Shown here: positions 52,786 through 60,812 of the stretch, piece by piece
Layout: every line of letters begins with the position of its first letter
Numbering within the stretch: position 1 is the first letter of the stretch
NCBI GenBank assembly: GCA_900553985.1
Contig: USFW01000002.1
Coordinates: forward strand, 875 to 64,874
DNA: 64,000 bases
Direction: 5' to 3'
DNA from: an uncultured Clostridium sp.
GTDB taxonomy: Bacteria > Bacillota > Clostridia > TANB77 > CAG-508
The notes under the pieces: generated by a model
Databases searched by the model: none
The model's input: the letters and a program-made list of their open reading frames with translations, nothing else
What the model was told of the DNA's origin: nothing
Translations under genes and position numbers: made by a program

Positions 52786-53299
52786 TTACTTGCACCATCC
52801 TTTCGATTGGATGATTTTAATATTGTTTATAGACAACAAAAAAATCAACCAGATTTTATTTTCTGATTGATTTTGTATCAATTCTGTTCTATTAGTTCGA
52901 ACAGATACGTCATTGGTACCGATGGTGGATTACTCATATCTTTTGTATTATGCTATTTTCAATAGTTTTACTTGTCGTTTTTCTAATTTGGGTAAATTTT
53001 GGGTAATCTACGATACAATTATATTTCTATAGCATTTTATTTATAATTTTTATTCTAGCAACATTCACTACTTTAATAAAAGTCTTTCTAAATATCCTTA
53101 CTACAATTCTTTCTTTCCAATTTAATTCTTTTACTATTTCTTCTACTACTGCATCTTTCATATAAATTTCTCCTTTTATTAATCTAAAGAGCTCTTCTGT
53201 TTTGTATTTTATAATAAATTTTATAAAAATGAGAAAAAATTATACGAAAGTGCCTTTACATTTTACAAAACGACATTTTTCGACAAGAGTTGTACAATT

Positions 53300-53533
53300 T
53301 TAGGGTATTTTTTTAATTATTTCGATTTCTCCTGTTTCGTACAAATCTGTAATTTTTTCCTTTAATGTATCTGCTATTACTAGCATTTCTATAAATAATA
53401 TCTTGTCTGTTTCTATTTTGTTATTCTCTAAGTCTTGTAGCCTTCTTCTGTCTATTCCTGTTTCTTCTGCTAAGTAATTTAAACTTAACCCAGATTTTTC
53501 TCTTGCTTCTTTTATTTTTAATTTTACTATCAT
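53300..53533 (-). CDS. XRE-family HTH transcriptional regulator
   Basis: IKEAREKSGLSLNYLAEETGIDRRRLQDLENN. I preferred start 53533 behind AGAGGTGG. Confidence 0.75.
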   Translation of the reverse strand: MIVKLKIKEAREKSGLSLNYLAEETGIDRRRLQDLENNKIETDKILFIEMLVIADTLKEKITDLYETGEIEIIKKIP

Positions 53534-53572
53534 AAAACCACCTCTGCTTATTGTTTGCAAAGGTGGTTACTG

Positions 53573-53746
53573 TTATACTTTTTTTGCTAGTTTTATTATT
53601 TTTCTAAAACTCCTTGTTTGTGACATTGCTTTTAAACTTTCTCCAGATAAAATTAAATAATAATTCGTTAGTTTTCTATATTCTTTTTCATTCTTTATTT
53701 TCATTAGTTTTATCATTTGCAGGGATTTTTTATACATTTCTTGCAT
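53573..53746 (-). CDS. Hypothetical small protein, 57 aa
   Basis: RBS AAAGGAG lies before Met 53746. No motif recognised. Confidence 0.35.
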   Translation of the reverse strand: MQEMYKKSLQMIKLMKIKNEKEYRKLTNYYLILSGESLKAMSQTRSFRKIIKLAKKV

Positions 53747-53827
53747 ACTATCATCTCCTTTTAAATAGTATAACATTTTATGTTGACTTTGTCGCAAGAA
53801 ATTTGTCGAAAAGAAAAAGAACTATTG

Positions 53828-54187
53828 CTAGTTCTCTTTTAAATAATTTTCGAAAGCATTTAAAAATCTTACTAAATCTTCTTCCTCTACTTCTCCTATT
53901 TTTTTATTTATATTATCACTTGGTATTTGCATTAATTGGTCGCATTTCACAATACTATCTACCATTAAATTATTGCTACTGTCTTTTTTTATTTCTTCAT
54001 TATATTTAAATATAGAATTTTCTTTGCTTTTGCTTAAATTAGAAGATACCACAAATCCAAAATAATCTGCTGGTACTACATTTCCATCATCATCTATTAT
54101 TACAAATAAATGACTTTTCACTGTATTGTTTTCTTCTCTTTTTATTGCTTCTGATGCAAAAACTATATCTCCCATTTGGTACTGCAT
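53828..54187 (-). CDS. PemK/MazF-like toxin-fold protein
   Basis: MGDIVFA...HLFVIIDDD...FGFVVSSN...SIVKCDQLMQIPSDNINKKIGEVEEEDLVRFLNAF follows the MazF/PemK strand pattern. Confidence 0.45.
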   Translation of the reverse strand: MQYQMGDIVFASEAIKREENNTVKSHLFVIIDDDGNVVPADYFGFVVSSNLSKSKENSIFKYNEEIKKDSSNNLMVDSIVKCDQLMQIPSDNINKKIGEVEEEDLVRFLNAFENYLKEN

Positions 54188-54213
54188 TCTTACTACATCT
54201 CCTTTTGCTTATT

Positions 54214-54366
54214 TTAACTATAATTCTCTGATTTTCCTTTGTGGATTTCTTTTTCAACAGGGAACTCCTTGAAAGCAATAGTATGAGATTTTATAAGACC
54301 TTTTTCTTTTGCAAGTAAAACTAATCTCTTAGCATTTTTTTGAATTTCACTAGTATTTGTTTTCAT
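54214..54366 (-). CDS. 50-aa ORF upstream of the MazF-like gene (candidate antitoxin)
   Basis: RBS AAGGAGGGGG precedes ATG 54366. Translation: MKTNTSEIQKNAKRLVLLAKEKGLIKSHTIAFKEFPVEKEIHKGKSENYS. Its stop is 27 nt before the MazF-like start. Below the ORF-track cutoff. Confidence 0.4.
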   Translation of the reverse strand: MKTNTSEIQKNAKRLVLLAKEKGLIKSHTIAFKEFPVEKEIHKGKSENYS

Positions 54367-54672
54367 AGTACCCCCTCCTTTTTTATTTATACATTATTAT
54401 ATCACAAAAAATATATAATTTCAAATATATATTTTGTACTTCTTTATTATTATATATACTTATTTTTTTTAATTGTCAATATTTTATTAAGTTTTTTTAT
54501 TATTTTATACACTTTTTTCTCTATTATACTTTTTTGCTAAAAAGCTAAAAAAATTGACTCTTCAAAACCTATTTTAAGCCGTTTTTATTTTATTCTAATA
54601 TACTTACATCCCTTAATTTTAAGCCTTTTTTCATAATTTTAAAATATTTTTAACTTTTTTTTGAAAAAAGTA

Positions 54673-54701
54673 TTGACATACTATGCATAGTATAGTACAA
54701 T
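54673..54701 (+). promoter_or_regulatory. Promoter TTGACA-17-TACAAT with a 16-bp palindromic operator in the spacer (copy 1)
   Basis: Part of the 62-bp repeat 54664-54725. The palindrome ATACTATGCATAGTAT lies at 54678-54693. Confidence 0.65.
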
Positions 54702-54734
54702 ATATTTAAGTTAAGAGAGAAAGGAGGAAAATAA

Positions 54735-54851
54735 ATGATTAATAAAATAAAAAGAGCATTGCTAAATACTAGATTAGCAGCCAAACTAATAGATAAGTAT
54801 TTAAGCAAACGCCCTATAATCCAAATTGCTAACTCTATTAATAAAGATTAG
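54735..54851 (+). CDS. 38-aa small ORF
   Basis: RBS AAAGGAGG. Translation: MINKIKRALLNTRLAAKLIDKYLSKRPIIQIANSINKD. The hairpin AGAGAGG..CCTCTCT follows. Confidence 0.35.
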   Translation: MINKIKRALLNTRLAAKLIDKYLSKRPIIQIANSINKD

Positions 54852-54928
54852 CACGAGAGAGGTTACTTCCTCTCTTGTATAAATAATTATATAATATATA
54901 ATAAAAAAAATCAAGGGAGGTATTTTTG

Positions 54929-55102
54929 ATGGCAAGAAATTATGAAAAAGAAAGAGAATGGCAATTAAAAAAATATGACCAAATACGAGCTAATATAGAC
55001 AAAGATCTTGGAACAGCATTAAGAAAAAAAATAAAAAGTGAAGGAAAAAGTATTGCTAGTTGGGTTACAGAGAATGCAAAAAAATATTTAAAAGAAAATT
55101 AA
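54929..55102 (+). CDS. 57-aa small basic protein
   Basis: RBS GGGAGG. Translation: MARNYEKEREWQLKKYDQIRANIDKDLGTALRKKIKSEGKSIASWVTENAKKYLKEN, possibly ribbon-helix-helix-like. Confidence 0.4.
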   Translation: MARNYEKEREWQLKKYDQIRANIDKDLGTALRKKIKSEGKSIASWVTENAKKYLKEN

Positions 55103-55110
55103 AAAAAGTA

Positions 55111-55139
55111 TTGACATACTATGCATAGTATAGTATAAT
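55111..55139 (+). promoter_or_regulatory. Promoter TTGACA-17-TATAAT with the same palindromic operator (copy 2)
   Basis: Part of the 62-bp repeat 55102-55163, which is 61/62 identical to copy 1. The palindrome lies at 55116-55131. Confidence 0.65.
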
Positions 55140-55164
55140 ATATTTAAGTTAAGAGAGAAAGGAA

Positions 55165-55368
55165 ATGATTATTATGGTAAAAACAATTTATTATACAGTA
55201 GAAAATGGAATAAAAAATTTAGAATGGATAGCAAGAGATATAGAAACTAAAGAAGTTGTAAAAGAATTTGAAGATATGCAACAAGCTTTAAAATTTGTAA
55301 ACGAAAATGAAAATACAGAATTATATGATAGAACAACAAAACAAGTTTTTGAATTTATAAGAAGATAA
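55165..55368 (+). CDS. Hypothetical phage protein, 67 aa
   Basis: ORF downstream of promoter copy 2. Confidence 0.4.
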   Translation: MIIMVKTIYYTVENGIKNLEWIARDIETKEVVKEFEDMQQALKFVNENENTELYDRTTKQVFEFIRR

Positions 55369-55404
55369 AATGTAAATAATTTATTATAAAAGGAGGAATT
55401 TAAA

Positions 55405-55647
55405 ATGAGAAAAGTAGAAGAAAATTTAACACAAGAAGAATTTAATAGTTATTGTGAGGATGTTAGAAATAGAATGGAAAGTGAAACAACATATTATGGG
55501 CAAATAGACGAAACAGTTGCTTATTCTGGAGATTTAAAAGTAAAACATATTTATGGGGATGAAAATGATGAACATGAATCTGTTTTATACGAAGAAAAAT
55601 ACAATGAAGAAAATGACACTGTAACTTATGATATTTGGGAAGATTAA
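55405..55647 (+). CDS. Hypothetical acidic phage protein, 80 aa
   Basis: RBS AGGAGG. Strongly acidic. Confidence 0.4.
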   Translation: MRKVEENLTQEEFNSYCEDVRNRMESETTYYGQIDETVAYSGDLKVKHIYGDENDEHESVLYEEKYNEENDTVTYDIWED

Positions 55648-56150
55648 TTATGGGAACTTTTAAAGATTTAACAGGTAAAAAATTTAATAGATTAACCGTA
55701 TTAGGTTTAGCAGAAAGAAATTCTAGTGGGCAAATACAATGGAAATGTAAATGTGATTGTGGTAACATTGTATTTGCTACTACAACTTATCTAAAAACAG
55801 GACATACAAAATCCTGTGGTTGCTTAAATAGAGAGTCTGCATCCAAAAGGTTAAAAAGCAAAACATTTGTAGAAGCAAGAAATAATTATAGAAAAAATAA
55901 CTTTTTAATAGAAGGAACTTCTTTAGCTTTAATCTCTTCTGCTAATTTAAGAAAAAACAACAAAACTGGCATTAATGGTGTTTATTGGGATAAAAAATTA
56001 AAAAAATATAGAGTTTCTATATGTTTACAAAGACAAAAAATTAACTTAGGTGCTTTCGAAACATTGGAAGAAGCTAAAAAAGTTAGACTAGACGCAGAAG
56101 AAAAATACTACAAGCCAATTATAGAAAAATATAAAGACAGTAGCAACTAA
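55635..56150 (+). CDS. AP2-domain DNA-binding protein with an N-terminal Cys cluster
   Basis: CKCDCGN...SCGC zinc-like cluster. TGINGVYWDKKLKKYRVSICLQRQKINLGAFETLEEAKKVR matches the AP2/integrase DNA-binding domain pattern. Confidence 0.6.
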   Translation: MGRLIMGTFKDLTGKKFNRLTVLGLAERNSSGQIQWKCKCDCGNIVFATTTYLKTGHTKSCGCLNRESASKRLKSKTFVEARNNYRKNNFLIEGTSLALISSANLRKNNKTGINGVYWDKKLKKYRVSICLQRQKINLGAFETLEEAKKVRLDAEEKYYKPIIEKYKDSSN

Positions 56151-56366
56151 TAATCTACTGTCTTATATTTATATCTTTTTTACACCTTGTATTATAGTTA
56201 AGCTTGTTTTTAAATATTAGAAAACTAATATTTATTTAAAATTATAAAATAATTTTAATACATCTCATGTTATAGTTAAACTAAATAAGTTATATTTTTT
56301 ATATCATAATTGCTAAATATTGTCAATATTTTTTTAAAATTAAAAATTAAAAACTCCTATTAGAAT

Positions 56367-57164
56367 TTATAATCCACCATTATATTTAACAAATCCTACT
56401 TTTCTGTTTAAAACTTTTCCTTCTGAATCCGTAATATAATATGCTACTATGTATTTGCCTTGCATTATCCCAAAACATTCTGCATATTCTTGTGGATATA
56501 TTGTTCCTATTTTTTTTGTACAATTAACATCTCCATATACTATTTCTGGTTTTGTTCCATTTTTCCATGTTTTTGGCATATTAAATTCCTCCCAATTATT
56601 ATTATTTGTATTTCCAACTTCATTAGAGTTACAACTTCCTTCTTTTAATCCAAAGCCTTCTGCTACTCCATCTGCTATCGCTTGGCAAATTGCATCTTTA
56701 TTGTTTTGGTATGTTTGTATATCTTCTGCATTATCTATAAAACATACTTCCAGTAAAGCAGAACTTACACCTTTTTTCTTAGCAGAATAGATTACATTAA
56801 AATTCTTTTCTTTTACTCCTCTAACTGTGAAGAATTGTGATAATTTATTCATTATTTTTTCTTCTACTGTTTTTGCATTTTCTATTCTTGTTGTGTATAT
56901 CTCTGCTCCTTTTGCACTGCCGTTAAAGCTATTAAAATGGATTTCTAGCACATAATTATAGTTAGCAAAGTTAACTTGTATATTTCCATTATTAACATCT
57001 TTAAAAGCGTCCCTAGTTTGATTATACACATCTATATCTGCATATCTTTTAAGTTTTTCTTTTAGCATATTTACCACTTCTCTAGTTAAGTCTGCTTCTT
57101 TATATCCATTTGCACAAGCTCCATTATCTCCTGCACCATGGCCACTAATTAATAATATTTTCAT
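56367..57164 (-). CDS. Endolysin: N-acetylmuramoyl-L-alanine amidase (Amidase_3) with a C-terminal binding domain
   Basis: MKILLISGHGAGDNGA...EIHFNS...ALLEVCFIDN. It lies directly downstream of the holin. Confidence 0.85.
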   Translation of the reverse strand: MKILLISGHGAGDNGACANGYKEADLTREVVNMLKEKLKRYADIDVYNQTRDAFKDVNNGNIQVNFANYNYVLEIHFNSFNGSAKGAEIYTTRIENAKTVEEKIMNKLSQFFTVRGVKEKNFNVIYSAKKKGVSSALLEVCFIDNAEDIQTYQNNKDAICQAIADGVAEGFGLKEGSCNSNEVGNTNNNNWEEFNMPKTWKNGTKPEIVYGDVNCTKKIGTIYPQEYAECFGIMQGKYIVAYYITDSEGKVLNRKVGFVKYNGGL

Positions 57165-57168
57165 TCCT

Positions 57169-57441
57169 TTATTTCTCCTTATTAATTAAATTTCTAAACA
57201 TTTCGTATAGCCCTGTACTAGCAAGACCACTAATCATTCCGCCTAAAATTACTTCTGCATTAATTCCATTTATATTTATTAGAATATTTGTTATAGTTCC
57301 TAAAATTAGCATTATTAAAGGTATGTATTTATTTGGTATAAAATCCAAACTATTTTTTATTACAAATCCTACGCATAAGCAAATTCCTAAAACTACAATA
57401 TTTACATAGTTTAATAAAACTGTTATATCCATTTCATTCAC
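57169..57441 (-). CDS. Phage holin
   Basis: 90 aa with 2-3 TMs and a charged C-terminus (FRNLINKEK). YIPLIMLILGTI...GGMISGLASTGLYE motif. Confidence 0.75.
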   Translation of the reverse strand: MNEMDITVLLNYVNIVVLGICLCVGFVIKNSLDFIPNKYIPLIMLILGTITNILININGINAEVILGGMISGLASTGLYEMFRNLINKEK

Positions 57442-57444
57442 TCC

Positions 57445-57879
57445 TTAATTTAAAAATTTTGATAATCCTAAAGCACCAGCAATAAGTGCTAAGGCTCCTG
57501 TTAGAATCCAAGAAAATACTTTACTTTTAGAATTTCTCCAATTATTAGCGTCTTTTATTACTGTTTCTTGTTGCAGTTTTACATCTAATTTTTCGTATTT
57601 CTTTTCTAATTCGTTGTATTTTTCTTTTAATATTTCTGTTTCTTTACTATTTGCAGTATTGCTTCTCATTATCGCTTCTTTAAAATTTAAGCTTGTTGTT
57701 TTTAAATCTTCTGCAATATTTTTAATTTGTTCTACAGTAACAGAAAGAGACTTATCTATATTGCTTAACACTTCTTCGTTTTTTTCTATTCTTGTCTCTA
57801 TTTCATTCAATCTTTTTGTGTTAGACTTAGCTCTTTCTTCTACTGCAACTAATCTTTCTATTATCTTATTGTTTTCCAT
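57445..57879 (-). CDS. XhlA-like haemolysin/lysis accessory protein
   Basis: N-terminal coiled coil (ERLVAVEERAKSNTKRLNEIETRI) and a single C-terminal TM. Confidence 0.6.
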   Translation of the reverse strand: MENNKIIERLVAVEERAKSNTKRLNEIETRIEKNEEVLSNIDKSLSVTVEQIKNIAEDLKTTSLNFKEAIMRSNTANSKETEILKEKYNELEKKYEKLDVKLQQETVIKDANNWRNSKSKVFSWILTGALALIAGALGLSKFLN

Positions 57880-58066
57880 CTGCTATTTCCTCCACTTCTA
57901 AATCAGGAATTGTGTATACTTCTTCTACTTTTAAAGTTAAAGCTGTATATTCTTCATCGTTTATTTGGTTAACTGCATAAAATACTGCTAATTTAGCATT
58001 TGCTTCTTCTTTATTTTTGTAGAATTTTTTGTTTATTAAATTCTCTAATAATTTTGATATTTGCAT
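57866..58066 (-). CDS. Small protein in the XkdX-like position after the tail fibre
   Basis: 66 aa. NQINDEEYTALTLKVEE resembles the XkdX ending. Assigned by position. Confidence 0.4.
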   Translation of the reverse strand: MQISKLLENLINKKFYKNKEEANAKLAVFYAVNQINDEEYTALTLKVEEVYTIPDLEVEEIADGKQ

Positions 58067-60262
58067 TTATAACACCTCTCTTTCTATATCTGTTTGTAAA
58101 TTATCTAATAATACAGAGCTTGTCTTTGTTGTGCTTAACAATTGGTTAATTACATTTACTTGTTGCTCTAAATTACTTGTTTTATTATCTATATATGTTT
58201 TTGTATCTGCTATGTATTTTAGCTTTAATTTTGCTATGCTATCTGTTGTTATATTTGTTACTGGTTTGTAGGTTGGGAAATTGTCTAATTGGTCTAAGAC
58301 TTCTGCTTGTTCTGGGGTGCAAGGTATTTTTGTTGGAATTTCTCTTTTATAATCTACATATACTGGATTTCCTAAATTATTTTTACTTTTTAGCCAGTTT
58401 TTAAATAATTCTAAATTTTCGCAAAATTTGTTATTTATTCTAATACCTATGGAACCATTTTCAGCATATATAAAATTTTGAGCAACTAATTTGTGCCAAT
58501 CTTCAGCTTGCCTTTTTTTAAAATAATTACAGTATAATTCAGTGTTTTTTGGTACATCTTGTATTTTTAGATATGTTCCAAAATATCCTGCTACAATCAA
58601 AGTACTAGCTGTCCAATTTTCTGTACCTGTTAATTTAACTTCTCCCCACCCATGCACTTCTTTCCAACCATCTGCTTCTTTAATAAAGTAGTCTCCTTCT
58701 AGCATTGGTTGTTGGATTGGTAATATTTTAGTTTCTTCTTGGTGTTCTACGAATCCCCCCGTTTCTTTATCTTCTTCTACCATAACTCCTATTTCTAAAT
58801 TATTAAATGTAATGTCTTTATTGAATGCCATATATAATTCTACTTTTCCAGCATTTGTTGTCATAGATTTCCCCGTTAATTTGGATCCAGTTTTTGTTAT
58901 GTTAAAGTCTGCTGTTAAGCCTATTGTATTAAAATTAGCATTAAATCCTAATCCATTTACTTTGTTTGTTATAGAAAGTATATAATTCCTGTTTTCTCTA
59001 GTATTAAATGTTCCTATTTTATATTTATCATTTTGCTTTGTTGTAGTTCCATTTAATACTATTTTTCCACTGTTTTTATTTACTGTTATTCCGTCTATAG
59101 TTGCTGGTAATTCTGTTAAACTTAATATGTTTTGTGTTTGTTTCTTTATCCCTACACTACCTTGTCCGAATTTAGAATAACTTGTTGCTTCTGTACCTTT
59201 TTCTAGTTTAGGGGAAAATATTTTATTATTAACTGTTTCCCCTTGTTTTACTTGTATATATACATTTTTTAATAAAACCTCTGTATTAAAAGTTAATGTA
59301 GATGGATTATTAAGTCCATCAAACCAGTCATTAAATTCTGTACTTTCAACATAAGCTTTTCCGTCTTTTATTGTATATGTCCCTGCTGGTAATTTTACAT
59401 TTGCTACTAAAGATATTTGTGCTAAACTAGTTGCAGTTCCATTTGCTGTTACTGTCCCATCTGTATTTACTGTGAATGTTATTCCGTTTGTTGTTAATGT
59501 TTTAGCAGTATTTTCTAATAAATTAATGTTATCTCCTACTGCTCTTATTTCAGATGGATATTCTGGACTTGGACTTACTCCGTATTGTTCGTATGATTTT
59601 GCCACAGTTCCTTTATTTATTTGTGGCTTTATCATTGCATTTGTTATATTTGTTCCTGCATAAATATATATTCTAACCTTTACATTGTCTTTCGGCTGTA
59701 AAACTTGTGGGGTAGAATTTGGAATATTAACATTATAATCGCTCCCTTGTATTTGTATAAGCATTTTGTTATATCCATATCCATCACACATTCCGCTAAA
59801 AATAGATTGTTCAGTAATTGCAAAATTCCCCGTAATGTCTAGTGACGTATTTGATGTTGCTGTTCCATTTAATGTTATAGATTTGTCCTTATTTATTTTT
59901 ACAGTTATTCCATTTACAGTCCTATCTGTTAATATGTTTTCTAATATGTTATATCCTTCTCTTACATCTTGCTCCACATTCCCCAAAACTTCTAGTTTTC
60001 CTTCTAAATCACTACTGTCTTCTACATGTATGCTTTGTCCTTCTACCTCCAAATTTATCATGTTTTCTCTGTCTTTTTTTATTTGGGCTTCTAATTTAGT
60101 GTTTTGTTCTTGGAGATTTGTTACTTTATCATCAACTGTATCAGCAAATTTATCTATCTTGTCCCAGTTTTGATTTAATGCTAAGTCTATATCAAATTTA
60201 TTTTCGTTTGTCTCTAGAGGTTCATCATGTTTAAATAGTTTTAAGTTTTTTGTTTCGCTCAT
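58067..60262 (-). CDS. Tail fibre / receptor-binding protein with three internal repeats
   Basis: N-terminus LKLFKHDEPLE...FDIDLALNQNWDKIDKF. The repeats are NGITVKINKDKSITLNGTATS, NGITFTVNTDGTVTANGTATS and DGITVNKNSGKIVLNGTTTK. Confidence 0.7.
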   Translation of the reverse strand: MSETKNLKLFKHDEPLETNENKFDIDLALNQNWDKIDKFADTVDDKVTNLQEQNTKLEAQIKKDRENMINLEVEGQSIHVEDSSDLEGKLEVLGNVEQDVREGYNILENILTDRTVNGITVKINKDKSITLNGTATSNTSLDITGNFAITEQSIFSGMCDGYGYNKMLIQIQGSDYNVNIPNSTPQVLQPKDNVKVRIYIYAGTNITNAMIKPQINKGTVAKSYEQYGVSPSPEYPSEIRAVGDNINLLENTAKTLTTNGITFTVNTDGTVTANGTATSLAQISLVANVKLPAGTYTIKDGKAYVESTEFNDWFDGLNNPSTLTFNTEVLLKNVYIQVKQGETVNNKIFSPKLEKGTEATSYSKFGQGSVGIKKQTQNILSLTELPATIDGITVNKNSGKIVLNGTTTKQNDKYKIGTFNTRENRNYILSITNKVNGLGFNANFNTIGLTADFNITKTGSKLTGKSMTTNAGKVELYMAFNKDITFNNLEIGVMVEEDKETGGFVEHQEETKILPIQQPMLEGDYFIKEADGWKEVHGWGEVKLTGTENWTASTLIVAGYFGTYLKIQDVPKNTELYCNYFKKRQAEDWHKLVAQNFIYAENGSIGIRINNKFCENLELFKNWLKSKNNLGNPVYVDYKREIPTKIPCTPEQAEVLDQLDNFPTYKPVTNITTDSIAKLKLKYIADTKTYIDNKTSNLEQQVNVINQLLSTTKTSSVLLDNLQTDIEREVL

Positions 60263-60272
60263 TTTTTACCTC

Positions 60273-60812
60273 CTACTTAAGAATCATTACCTGTAAATAT
60301 CCTTCTAATATTTCAGTTTCCCCTGCATTTTGACTTTCTAACACAATACTTATCTTATCTCCATTGTTTGCTGATAAATATGTACTTATACATACTGTAT
60401 TATAGCCAGTGTCGTTTGATTGATAGCTTGCTTCAACTGTCTTTCCATTTTTTTGGAGCATTACAGCCTTATCTCCAGCATTGCCGAAGAATCCTATTCC
60501 TCCAGTAAAAACGTCAACTTTTACTAATTTTGCCTCGCCAGAAATTGTTATTGCGTTATTGTTTAATGCTAAATATTCCTTTTCATTGTCATTGTTAATA
60601 TCAACTGTCCCAAGCGATATTGTTGCTTTTCCGTAGCTACCACTAGTTTGCAATTTCTGTCTATTAATTCTTGCTTTTAATATTGGTTTCTTTTCTACTT
60701 CTGTAATAGCTTCTTGTGTGTTGTTTTCCATTTGCTTTAGATTTCCACTGTCAATAGGAGTATCTTCACTAGGTTCATCTTTCCACCCTATTCTTTTCAA
60801 CTCTACTGCCAT
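60273..60812 (-). CDS. Phage tail-associated protein, 179 aa
   Basis: MAVELKRIGWKDEPSEDTPIDSGNLKQMENN is typical of short tail-fibre module proteins. Assigned by position. Confidence 0.45.
   Translation of the reverse strand: MAVELKRIGWKDEPSEDTPIDSGNLKQMENNTQEAITEVEKKPILKARINRQKLQTSGSYGKATISLGTVDINNDNEKEYLALNNNAITISGEAKLVKVDVFTGGIGFFGNAGDKAVMLQKNGKTVEASYQSNDTGYNTVCISTYLSANNGDKISIVLESQNAGETEILEGYLQVMILK

Noticed and set aside
53614-54540. Plus-strand ORFs 53614-54009 and 54340-54540, and minus-strand ORF 54090-54278, in the prophage accessory region.
   Set aside because: They overlap the better-supported minus-strand XRE/MazF-like genes or AT-rich promoter DNA. Their translations are low-complexity and they have no RBS.
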